From an uncultured Lentisphaerales bacterium (GTDB taxonomy: Bacteria > Verrucomicrobiota > Kiritimatiellia > RFP12 > UBA3636), in assembly GCA_964553035.1 (NCBI GenBank), contig CAZKJH010000002.1, forward strand, positions 1,193 through 60,991: a stretch of DNA of 59,799 nucleotides, written 5' to 3'. The translations under genes were made by a program, and so were the position numbers. Below are positions 29,368-38,340 of the stretch, piece after piece (position 1 is the stretch's first letter; each line of letters begins with the position of its first letter). The notes beneath the pieces were generated by a model. That model was not told the DNA's origin and ran no database searches. It saw only the letters and a program-made list of their open reading frames with translations.

Positions 29368-30363
29368 CTATCCATTATCAGCCTGAGCTTGAATCTCAAG
29401 CGTCTTGCGGGATGCGGCTACTACCGTTGCCGTATTCAGCTCAACCGAAGTTCCTTCGATATCGGATAAAAACGAGTCGAGGAAATCCAGACCGACATCC
29501 TCTGATGGAGTAAGGATTTTAACACTTTTCTCTGCATCAAGATAAGCCTTGACCTGTGGATCCGTAACACTGAATTCCAAGAGGCCACGCGTTCCCCAAA
29601 CGGTAAACCGCCAATAGGTTGGCAAGGAATACCCCTGCGAGTTTGGAGCAGAATACGAAACGTCGCCCAGTACGCCACAGCCACTATCAAGTTCGAGCAT
29701 CAATTGTGCCGCATCGTTGAAGCTGGTGCTACGTACATCAAACGCCTGCCAGGTACGGGCTGCCGCGATACGTTTAACCGACTCGCCCGTCAAAAAGCTC
29801 AGCATATCGACTGCATGAATCGCAATGTCATTGATGGTTCCACCGTGTTTGCCGCCCTCGAAATACCACTCCGGACGGGTTTCACGCAACAGCGGATGCT
29901 GTCCGTTAAATTGTATTTGCGTCACGCGCCCGATCACACCATCTCGAATCGCCTGACGGGCACAGACAAACGAGGGCGAGGTGCGCAAGTCGAGCATACA
30001 GCCGATGCGAAGATCAAGACGTGTGGCCAGTGCCTCCATCTCGTCGAGTTCCGCCAACGTCGTACAGATAGGCTTATCCAAAATCACATGCTTGCCATGA
30101 GCTAGCGCATCAATCGCAAGTTTTCCTCTTTTGCCGTAATAGTCACCAATCGCAACAATGTCACACGAAACATTGGCCAGCATATCAGTCCATGACGTGT
30201 GGGTAATTTTCACCGAAGGCTGAACAGCCGCACGTGCCGTAGCATCTTCTTCACAGGCCGCGACAATTTCAACGGATGGATGTTGGGCCGCCTTTTTGTA
30301 CAACGAATAGATGTGACCATGGCGGAAACCCATAAAAGCTATCTGATACTGTTTTTTTTTCAT
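29368..30363 (-). CDS. Gfo/Idh/MocA oxidoreductase
   Basis: N-terminal Rossmann-like segment, GKHVILDKP, GGTINDIAIH. Confidence 0.88.
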   Translation of the reverse strand: MKKKQYQIAFMGFRHGHIYSLYKKAAQHPSVEIVAACEEDATARAAVQPSVKITHTSWTDMLANVSCDIVAIGDYYGKRGKLAIDALAHGKHVILDKPICTTLAELDEMEALATRLDLRIGCMLDLRTSPSFVCARQAIRDGVIGRVTQIQFNGQHPLLRETRPEWYFEGGKHGGTINDIAIHAVDMLSFLTGESVKRIAAARTWQAFDVRSTSFNDAAQLMLELDSGCGVLGDVSYSAPNSQGYSLPTYWRFTVWGTRGLLEFSVTDPQVKAYLDAEKSVKILTPSEDVGLDFLDSFLSDIEGTSVELNTATVVAASRKTLEIQAQADNG

Positions 30364-30415
30364 GCGTAAATAGTACTTGAATTGCGCAGCGAAGTCAATT
30401 GACGCAACGGGCCAT

Positions 30416-30568
30416 CAGCAATTCTAATTATGGCAAATCTTCTCTGAAGCGGCGTGCTCGGAGAGCCCGCCCTACCCTGAAAACAGTGCAAAATGATGTA
30501 TTCACGAGGTAGGGCGCGATCTCCGAGCGCGCCGTATCCATGAGTTGTGACCATAATTAGAATTGCTG
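30416..30568. mobile_element. MITE (153 bp) with 18-bp TIRs, 9-bp TSD and two internal GTAG-REPs
   Basis: Perfect TIRs CAGCAATTCTAATTATGG / CCATAATTAGAATTGCTG. TSD ACGGGCCAT at 30407-30415 and 30569-30577. REPs at 30450-30476 (-) and 30508-30534 (+). Confidence 0.9.
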
Positions 30569-30667
30569 ACGGGCCATATTCACCGTTAGGGGTTAGCCAA
30601 TTTCCGTGCGAAGCTGCTAGGGCCTAAAACCTAATACCTTCTCTTCGTAATTCGTAATTATTTTTGC

Positions 30668-30720
30668 TTGCTTTCAATAAAAGGTTGGGTGTATATTTCC
30701 TCTCTTCGTCCGAAGTCGGA
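30668..30720 (+). promoter_or_regulatory. Promoter and candidate MarR operator
   Basis: TTGCTT-18 bp-TATATT followed by the palindrome TCCGA-AG-TCGGA (30709-30720). Confidence 0.45.
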
Positions 30721-30762
30721 TTATCTCTATCGGGATATGTAGGCCAATCAGAAGAATATATA

Positions 30763-32682
30763 ATGAAAAAAACGAAAAATCAGGAACCGGTCAGTACCAC
30801 AGAAGTTAGAGATGAAAATTTTACCGACTTGCTTCGTGCGTGGGGTCTCGTCATCCGTCGCTTTTCAAATGTTTATCGCAGTCTTTTCACTAACTGTAAG
30901 ATCCAGAAAGGACAGTCTGAAATTCTGTTCTATCTCAAGCTGGAAAACAATCAGGTCGAACCGTCGGTCATCGCCGATTTTTTAATGATGCCACGGCAGA
31001 CGATGACTTCACTGCTCGATGGCCTGGAGCATCAGGGGCTTCTGGAACGTAGCCCGCATCCTTCTGATCGCCGGAAAATTTTGATTAAGCTTTCTGAAAA
31101 AGGGTCTGATTTTGCCGATACCGCTTTAGGCTCAATCCGATCAATTGAGGCAGATGCAATGCGGAAGCTTTCCCATGAAACACTTTTAACGATGCTATCC
31201 TCGATGGAAACATTCTGCGCTGCCATGGAGAGCAGCATCGCCAGTGAGATGAAAAAAAGAAAAAATGCGAGAGTAAAACACCTCGGTTTGTTGTGTGCGA
31301 GTACCGCTGTGGTCTTGCTTGTAGGAGGGTGTGTTTCCTACAAAGGGCAAAAGGAGCGGGATGCGCAGGTGAATAGCTTTATGGGAACGCTGACAGAACG
31401 TCGGGAGGCTCTACCGGAAGCTCCGCTGTCGCTGGAGACATCGGTCGAGCTGGCACTGAAAGCGAACTATAACGTTCAGTTAGCTGATCTTGATGTACGG
31501 ATGGCAGCGTTGGGGAAGAATATTTCTTTTGTACAATTCCTGCCGCAAGTTACTGCCACAGCGAGTTGGACGGGCTGGGACAAGCAGCCGATGATGCAGG
31601 ATAGCACCTATACGGGTTCGCATGTTTCTATCGGGTTGCCGTTGCTGGTTCCTTCGCTTTGGTTCGTGTATGCGTCGAAGGGCGAGCAGACGGCACAGGC
31701 GAGTGCCCGGGCGCATTATGTACGCCAGACGATTGCGGTGCAAACGATGACGACGTACTACAACTGCATGATAGCGGCTGATGAAGTGGCCGTGGTGACG
31801 AAGCAACTCGAAACGGCGAAGTCGACCGCTGAGCGTGTTTCTGGTCTCGCCAGTGAGGGGTTAGCGCGCGATTGGGAGGCGAAGCAGGCGGCGGCTCAGT
31901 TAGCGGCCCGGGGCGCGAGTCTCGCACAGGCAAAAAGGAACTACCTAAACCGTCAAGGATCACTGCTCAATCTCCTCGGACTCCCACCAGACTATTCTCC
32001 TGCGGGATTGAAACTGAGCGGTGAAGTGACAACAGACTTAGTCGACACCAACAGCCTGGAAAATCTTATTCTGACGGCTTTATCATCGAATCCTGAACTC
32101 GAAATTGCGGATCGGAATGTGGTGATCAGCGAAAACGGGGTACGCAAGGCCATTGCTGATTTCCTTCCGTCACTGGCGGCCGTCGGCACGCTCAACTGGT
32201 CTTCTGACACTCATACGTGGACGGCGAATCGTTCGCTGGGTTTGATGGCGGGGTGGGAAGCCTTTAATGCGTTTGCAAATGTCGGGCTTTATAAGCTCGC
32301 CAAGGCGGAACGTACGAAGAGCACGTTGGCGCGAGAACAGACGTTTTTGAGAATTATGCTCGATGTCATGGTAGCACGTCACCATGTGGACACCGCCCGC
32401 GATCTTGCTGAGGTTTTATCGAAGACATACGAGGCGGCAAATCTGAAGTACAAAGATTATCAGGCCCGTCAGAAGGAGGGACTGGTTACGCTCAGCGATG
32501 CGCTGGATGCGGAGGCGGAGAAGAGTCATGCCGAACTCATGATGCTGCAAAGCCGCTATCAGGAGCGTATCGCCCGGGCAGCACTCAAGCTGTCGATGGG
32601 CGTTCTGGACTTACCAGAAGATCAGCGTGGAAATGCCGCTTCGCCAGATCGGTCTGATCGGTCTAATCTCGGAACCAAGTAA
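30763..32682 (+). CDS. MarR-family regulator fused to TolC-family outer membrane lipoprotein
   Basis: aa 1-162 form a MarR wHTH (MTSLLDGLEHQGLLERSPHPSDRRKILIKLSEKG). Then MKKRKNARVK-hydrophobic-VGGC lipobox and OEP repeats (LSLETSVELALKAN, ALSSNPEL, DFLPSL). Confidence 0.85.
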   Translation: MKKTKNQEPVSTTEVRDENFTDLLRAWGLVIRRFSNVYRSLFTNCKIQKGQSEILFYLKLENNQVEPSVIADFLMMPRQTMTSLLDGLEHQGLLERSPHPSDRRKILIKLSEKGSDFADTALGSIRSIEADAMRKLSHETLLTMLSSMETFCAAMESSIASEMKKRKNARVKHLGLLCASTAVVLLVGGCVSYKGQKERDAQVNSFMGTLTERREALPEAPLSLETSVELALKANYNVQLADLDVRMAALGKNISFVQFLPQVTATASWTGWDKQPMMQDSTYTGSHVSIGLPLLVPSLWFVYASKGEQTAQASARAHYVRQTIAVQTMTTYYNCMIAADEVAVVTKQLETAKSTAERVSGLASEGLARDWEAKQAAAQLAARGASLAQAKRNYLNRQGSLLNLLGLPPDYSPAGLKLSGEVTTDLVDTNSLENLILTALSSNPELEIADRNVVISENGVRKAIADFLPSLAAVGTLNWSSDTHTWTANRSLGLMAGWEAFNAFANVGLYKLAKAERTKSTLAREQTFLRIMLDVMVARHHVDTARDLAEVLSKTYEAANLKYKDYQARQKEGLVTLSDALDAEAEKSHAELMMLQSRYQERIARAALKLSMGVLDLPEDQRGNAASPDRSDRSNLGTK

Positions 32683-32699
32683 TTTAAGAGGACATCAAC

Positions 32700-33863
32700 A
32701 TGAAAAATAGAATACAATACGTGCTCTCAATCGTCGCCTGTGTCGCCTTGCTGACCGGGTGTGGGAAAAAAGAAGTAGCGACGGAAGCGAGGACATTGGC
32801 GGACAATGTTTTGAACATCCGTACGCAGGTTGCTGAAAAGCGTGTCTTTGAACGCCGAATGACGGTCCAGGGGAGTTTGGCATCGGACGAGTCCGCGATG
32901 GTGGCATCACGCATCGACGGAAATCTTGATGCCGTATTTGTGGATCTTGGTGATGTGGTCAAAAAAGGCGAAACGAAACTCTTCGCAATCGATCCCATTG
33001 CCCTTGAAAGCCGTGTGCTGATTGCCGAAAGCAATGTCAACACAGCAAAAGCACAACAACGTGTGGCCGAAGCGACCGCTCGTCGAGCTGCTGCTGAACA
33101 AAAGAAAGCCGTGTTGGATTTTGATCGCTATGATCGCCTTCATAAGGATGCCCGCGTTTCCGACAACGAGTACGAGCAGATTGCAATCCAGCGAGAATCC
33201 GTTGATGCGGCTGTTGCTATTGCAGAGGCGAACATCGAACTCTACACGCAACAGGTCGCACAGTTTGAGGCCGCTCTCGCCATCGCAAAACGCAACCTCT
33301 CCGATGCCACAATTGTCGCACCCATCGATGGTATTGTCGGAGGAAGATTTATGGAGCCAGGCGAACAAGCCAAATCAGGGACACACATCATTCGCATCAA
33401 TGGCGTACAGAAGATCAAGGCAAGTGCCTACCTTCCTGCCTCGTATTATGAGGATGTCGTGACTGACAAGACCGAGTTCAGACTCTTTGTCGACAAGATC
33501 GACCGTGGCCTCTTTAAGGTGGTTACGAAGAGCCCTGATGTAGAAATGCGCCTGCGAACCTTTGAGTTCCGTGGCATGGTGGAAGGTCAGTCATGGGCAA
33601 TCCCCGGTAAGATGGCCGACTTTGAAGTTGTTTTCGAAAGCCATGAAGGTGTCGCAGTGCCGGACGAGGCCATTCTTGTCCGCCAAGCAGGCTCAATTGT
33701 TTTCGTTGAAAATGAAGGCGTGGTACGCGAAGTCGTGATCACGACGGGACTCCGTAACGCTGGTTTTTCAGAGGTTCTTGAAGGTCTGATCGGCGGCGAG
33801 CACATCGTTGTTGAAGGCCAGTCACAGCTTTACGATGGCCGCAAGGTCGCCGTAGTGAAATGA
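32700..33863 (+). CDS. RND efflux membrane fusion protein (lipoprotein)
   Basis: LTGC lipobox, VASRIDG..VDLGDVVKKG, IVAPIDG, VPDEAI, GLIGGEHIVVEG. Confidence 0.93.
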   Translation: MKNRIQYVLSIVACVALLTGCGKKEVATEARTLADNVLNIRTQVAEKRVFERRMTVQGSLASDESAMVASRIDGNLDAVFVDLGDVVKKGETKLFAIDPIALESRVLIAESNVNTAKAQQRVAEATARRAAAEQKKAVLDFDRYDRLHKDARVSDNEYEQIAIQRESVDAAVAIAEANIELYTQQVAQFEAALAIAKRNLSDATIVAPIDGIVGGRFMEPGEQAKSGTHIIRINGVQKIKASAYLPASYYEDVVTDKTEFRLFVDKIDRGLFKVVTKSPDVEMRLRTFEFRGMVEGQSWAIPGKMADFEVVFESHEGVAVPDEAILVRQAGSIVFVENEGVVREVVITTGLRNAGFSEVLEGLIGGEHIVVEGQSQLYDGRKVAVVK

Positions 33864-33871
33864 GGTAAATT

Positions 33872-36800
33872 ATGTTTCTTGCAACTTCATCAACAAAACG
33901 TCCTGTCGCGATGGGATGTCTCATCATCGCCCTCATCGTCTTAGGAATAAACTCCTACAAGAGCATTTCTTTAGAGAATATGCCGAGCGTCGACATTCCC
34001 TACGTAACAATAACAACCGTTTGGCTCGGCGCTTCGCCGGAAGACATGGAGAAGGATGTCGCGAAGTACATCGAAGACGCGGTGTCGGGAGTTGAAGGCC
34101 TCAAGCATATCAACTCGCTTTGCCTTGAAAACGTCTGCAATGTCGTGGTCGAGTTTGACCTCTCTGTCGACGTTGACGTGGCGGCACAGAACGTGCGCGA
34201 AAAAATCGATGGCGTACTCTCCGACCTTCCGCCTGGAGCGGAAAGGCCTGTTATTGAGAAACTCGACATTAACGCCACCTCGGTGGCAACGCTGTTCTTG
34301 TCAGGAACCCAAACGGTCGACGATCTCTACGACTATGCGGACAACGAGCTTTCTGATCGTTTCGCCACGGTCAAGGGCGTTGCCTCCGTCAATTTAATTG
34401 GTGGCAATCAGCCCGAAATCTGGGTCGAGCTAGATCGCGACAAGCTCGCCGCGGCTGGTCTTACCTCGGCGACCGTTGTCTCGGTTTTGAAGAACAGCAT
34501 TATGACTGTGCCAGGTGGACGTTTACGCGACTCCGGTAGCGAATATTCCCTTCGCTTCGATGCCGACACGTATACGGTAGAATCGATCAACCAACTCGAA
34601 ATTGCGGCAAGTAATGGAGCGAGACGCTACTTGTCGGATCTCGGATCCGTCCGAATGGCGACAGAAGAAATTCGGCAGCGTGCCTTTCTAAACGGCGTTC
34701 CCGGTATTACCATCAAAGTTGTAAAGAAGTCCGATGGAAACACTGTAGAAGTCGTTAATGAGATCAAAAAACGCTTTGAGCGTCTTTCGGAAACGCTGCC
34801 TTCCGGCATGAAAATGGATTGGATTCTTGATGACGGTAACATTGTACAGTCAACGGTAGATTCAACAACCAACGACATTGTTTCAGCCGTCCTCCTCTGT
34901 GCTGGCATTCTGTTCGCCTTCTTGATCAACATACGAACCACCTTCATCGTTTCAATCACGATGCCCGTGACAATCATCATCAGCCTTTTCTTCATGAAGC
35001 TCGGCGGTCAGACGTTGAATATCTCAACCATGCTGGCGATTGGACTTTCCGCGGGAATCTTGGTTTCAAACTCAATCGTCGTTCTCGAAAACGTCGTTCG
35101 CAGGTTTGAGGATACACCCAACAAATGGGATGCGGCTTGCATTGGAACAAGCCAGATGACCGTTGCTGTCCTGGCTTCAGCCGGAACCAACGTGGTGGTG
35201 ATGATTCCGATTGCGATGATGAGCTCCATCGTCGGACGCTTCTTTGCCCCCTTCGCCTTGACAACCCTCATCGTGAACATCGCCTCCATTTTTATCAGCT
35301 TCACATTGACACCCATTCTCTGCGCCCTGTTCATGCGCAAGGAATCCGAAAAGACAGGACCGCTGTCAACGTTAGGACGTAAGTGGGATGCGGGATTTGA
35401 TCGTCTTGCCCTGCGCTACGGCAAAGAACTTCGAGCGATTGGCAGTCGGCGCATGTTAGCAACGGCAGTCGTCGTCCTATCCATTCTGTTCTTCTTCTTC
35501 TCGATGTCATTTGGCATGAAAGGTGTCGGCTTTACATTTACGGAAAGTGATGACTGGGGACGAATTTTCGTACGTTGCGAATTCCCAAGTTATTACAGCC
35601 TAGAACGGACAACAACCAAGGCGAACGAAGTTGCCGACATGATGTCAAAGTACGATGATCTTGACGATGTGCTGGTATCTGTTGGTAAAGCCGATGCAAT
35701 CGGTGGCCAAGCGAATGAGGGCGTATACCTTGCGCAGATCGAGCTCGTTTTTAAGTCTGTTTATGAGCGGAAATGGAAGTTAGAGGAAGTGCTGGCCCAG
35801 ATCCGCCGCGATCTCGCCACCGTACCCGATGCGATCCTCTCTGCCTCCGTTCCTGGCATCACAGGCGGGAGCGATAGTAGCCTTGAAATGAACCTCCGAG
35901 GCCCCGACCTAGATGAGCTGACGAACCGAGCGCGTGCGTTACAGCGAGAACTCATGAAGAACCCAGGAATTGCTCAGCTCGACACAACAGCGCGTGACGA
36001 CAAGCCGGAGATCAAGGTGATTCCTAATCGCCCTGTTCTGGCGGACTTCGGAATTACGCCGTCAACACTCGGCTCCATTATCCGTGGCAATGTCGACGGC
36101 ATCCAAGCAGCTTCCTTCAAGAATGGTGACAAGACCATCAACATCCGCGTGAAGTTACTTGAACAGGCTGGAATCGAACAAGTGCCCCAATTTATGATCC
36201 CCGGAAAAACTGGGTATCCAGTCCCCCTTGAAACGGTCGCTGATATTCGCAACACCCAGTCGAAGATCATGATCTACCGCGTCGATAAAGAACGCACAGT
36301 CAAACTTGTTGGGAATGAAACGCCTGGATACGCTTCAGCAACAATTCTCGAGGAAATGTATGCGAAGGGCGAGGAGATCGGTACAACGGCAGGCATCGGA
36401 TATGAATTTGATAAATCCGGAACGGCAGAGATGATGGGCGAAGCGGTCTCTGACTTCGGTTCGGCAATTTTAATGGCTATCATTCTAACCTACCTCATGC
36501 TTTCCGCAATCCTTGAAAGCTTTGTCAGACCCTTCATCGTGCTGCTGACCATCCCCATGGCGTTGATTGGAATCGCGTGGGCACTCCGGATTTCAGGAAT
36601 GAATATCTCCATCTTCGTTCTACTTGGCGTCGTCTTGCTGATCGGCGTCGTCGTGAATGCCGCCATCATTATCGTCGACCGGCTCGGACAGTTAATTGCC
36701 GCCGGCAAATGCAAACGTGACGCCATGTACGAAGCTGTTGAGCAAACCTTCCGAGCGGTTTTGATGGTGATTGCAGCCTCTGGCCTTGGCATGATGCCGA

Positions 36801-36964
36801 TCGCGATGGCAAGCGGCATTGGCGCGGTCAACCGCATTGGCATCGGCGCGGCTTCTGTCGGAGGCATTGTGGTCTCCGGTCTTCTCACGATTACCGTTCT
36901 CCCTTTAGTCTACGTTTTCTTCACTAGGAAAAGTCCAAAGAAAAGTCATAACCCGCAGCAGTAA
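33872..36964 (+). CDS. RND efflux permease (AcrB/SwrC family)
   Basis: 1030 aa, 12-TM topology; KRPVA, GASPEDME, SIVVLENV, ESFVRPF, GVVVNAAI. Confidence 0.95.
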   Translation: MFLATSSTKRPVAMGCLIIALIVLGINSYKSISLENMPSVDIPYVTITTVWLGASPEDMEKDVAKYIEDAVSGVEGLKHINSLCLENVCNVVVEFDLSVDVDVAAQNVREKIDGVLSDLPPGAERPVIEKLDINATSVATLFLSGTQTVDDLYDYADNELSDRFATVKGVASVNLIGGNQPEIWVELDRDKLAAAGLTSATVVSVLKNSIMTVPGGRLRDSGSEYSLRFDADTYTVESINQLEIAASNGARRYLSDLGSVRMATEEIRQRAFLNGVPGITIKVVKKSDGNTVEVVNEIKKRFERLSETLPSGMKMDWILDDGNIVQSTVDSTTNDIVSAVLLCAGILFAFLINIRTTFIVSITMPVTIIISLFFMKLGGQTLNISTMLAIGLSAGILVSNSIVVLENVVRRFEDTPNKWDAACIGTSQMTVAVLASAGTNVVVMIPIAMMSSIVGRFFAPFALTTLIVNIASIFISFTLTPILCALFMRKESEKTGPLSTLGRKWDAGFDRLALRYGKELRAIGSRRMLATAVVVLSILFFFFSMSFGMKGVGFTFTESDDWGRIFVRCEFPSYYSLERTTTKANEVADMMSKYDDLDDVLVSVGKADAIGGQANEGVYLAQIELVFKSVYERKWKLEEVLAQIRRDLATVPDAILSASVPGITGGSDSSLEMNLRGPDLDELTNRARALQRELMKNPGIAQLDTTARDDKPEIKVIPNRPVLADFGITPSTLGSIIRGNVDGIQAASFKNGDKTINIRVKLLEQAGIEQVPQFMIPGKTGYPVPLETVADIRNTQSKIMIYRVDKERTVKLVGNETPGYASATILEEMYAKGEEIGTTAGIGYEFDKSGTAEMMGEAVSDFGSAILMAIILTYLMLSAILESFVRPFIVLLTIPMALIGIAWALRISGMNISIFVLLGVVLLIGVVVNAAIIIVDRLGQLIAAGKCKRDAMYEAVEQTFRAVLMVIAASGLGMMPIAMASGIGAVNRIGIGAASVGGIVVSGLLTITVLPLVYVFFTRKSPKKSHNPQQ

Positions 36965-37015
36965 TGATGGAACATCGAACCTATTAGAAAACGGCTCGCC
37001 AGAGTCTCGACCGAG

Positions 37016-37041
37016 TGCGCGTCAAAATAGTTTGACGCGCA
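37016..37041. terminator. Perfect hairpin between the convergent RND and pheS units
   Basis: TGCGCGTCAAA-ATAG-TTTGACGCGCA. No clear U tract; followed by AGGAGTC-type heptamers. Confidence 0.45.
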
Positions 37042-37326
37042 GAGGAGTCAGGAGTCAGAAGCTAGGAATGAATGTCTCGAAACACATCTGGTATACGCTT
37101 TACGATGTAGAATGCGTCCGCATTCTCAAGAACGTCGTCGAAGAAGGATTAGAGTTTTTCGGCGACGCCTTGATCCTCGCAGCAAGCTTGATGATCTTTC
37201 AAAAATATCGCCGACGCAGCCCCACGGAGTGCGAGTAAATCGACTCGTGACGCTACTGATCGAGACGATTAGACTGGCAGTTTCCGTGGAAAAAATCTCT
37301 TCTATAATTCTCCCCTATCTTTCTCC

Positions 37327-38340
37327 CTAAGCAAACTGCTTCAGGTAACGGAGATCATTCGTATAAAGATGACGTAGATCAGTAATCCCGTGACGAATCA
37401 TCGCGATGCGCTCGACGCCCATGCCAAAAGCGAAGCCGTACAATTCTTCGTCATAACCAATTTTCTTGTACACGCGGGTATCGACCATGCCCGCACCAGC
37501 GATCTCGATCCAGCCGCTTTGCTTGCAGACACGGCATCCCCTGCCCTTGCAGAGATGACAGGAGAAATCTACTTCAACGCTCGGCTCCGTGAACGGAAAG
37601 AAATGGGGACGAAAGCGAACCTTCACACTAGGTCCCATCATCTCTCGCGCAAAGTGAGCCAGTGTGCTTTTAAGATCGGCAAGTGAAACACCCTTGGTGT
37701 CCACATACAGCCCCTCAATTTGATGAAAGTTAGCGGCATGGGTCGCATCGGTTGTATCACGCCGATAGCACCGACCGGGATTGATGATCCGAACAGGCGG
37801 TTTACGCGATTGCATGACACGAATTTGCACCGGCGAGGTCTGGGTTCGCAATAAACGCCCGTCTTCAAGCCAAAACGTGTCGCGTGGATCACGTGAAGGA
37901 TGATGCGCCGCCGTGTTCAAGGCATCAAAGTTATTGAATTCAGTTTCGATATCGGGTCCATCAGCAACCGTAAAACCGAGCTGAGAGAAAATTCGCGTGG
38001 TTTCCTCAATCACGCTGGAGCAGGGATGCATCGCCCCGATCTCGTGCCAGGTGCCCGGCAGACTAAAGTCAAAGGCATCAACCGACGCGGTAGTGGAAGC
38101 CGTACCCTCTCTCATCGTATTGAGCGCTGACGTAATCTCTTCACGGAATGCGTTGAGTTCACGTCCCATTGCCGGCCTGTCCGCAGGCGGCGTGTCTTTC
38201 ATGCCCTTCATCAAATCGGGCAAAAGACCATTTCGACCCACGTATTTGATTCTTAGTGCCTCGACCTCATCCGGAGTATTGGCCGCATGGATCTCTGTTA
38301 GGGCAGAGGTTTTCAGAGCTGCAACTTCTTGGTCTGTCAT
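37327..38340 (-). CDS. pheS: Phenylalanine--tRNA ligase alpha subunit
   Basis: HHPSRD..DTF, LLRTQTSPVQ, FHQIEGL, RFRPHFFPFTEPS, GWIEIAGAGMV, GFAFGMGVERIAM. ATG 38340 overlaps the fucosidase stop. Confidence 0.97.
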   Translation of the reverse strand: MTDQEVAALKTSALTEIHAANTPDEVEALRIKYVGRNGLLPDLMKGMKDTPPADRPAMGRELNAFREEITSALNTMREGTASTTASVDAFDFSLPGTWHEIGAMHPCSSVIEETTRIFSQLGFTVADGPDIETEFNNFDALNTAAHHPSRDPRDTFWLEDGRLLRTQTSPVQIRVMQSRKPPVRIINPGRCYRRDTTDATHAANFHQIEGLYVDTKGVSLADLKSTLAHFAREMMGPSVKVRFRPHFFPFTEPSVEVDFSCHLCKGRGCRVCKQSGWIEIAGAGMVDTRVYKKIGYDEELYGFAFGMGVERIAMIRHGITDLRHLYTNDLRYLKQFA

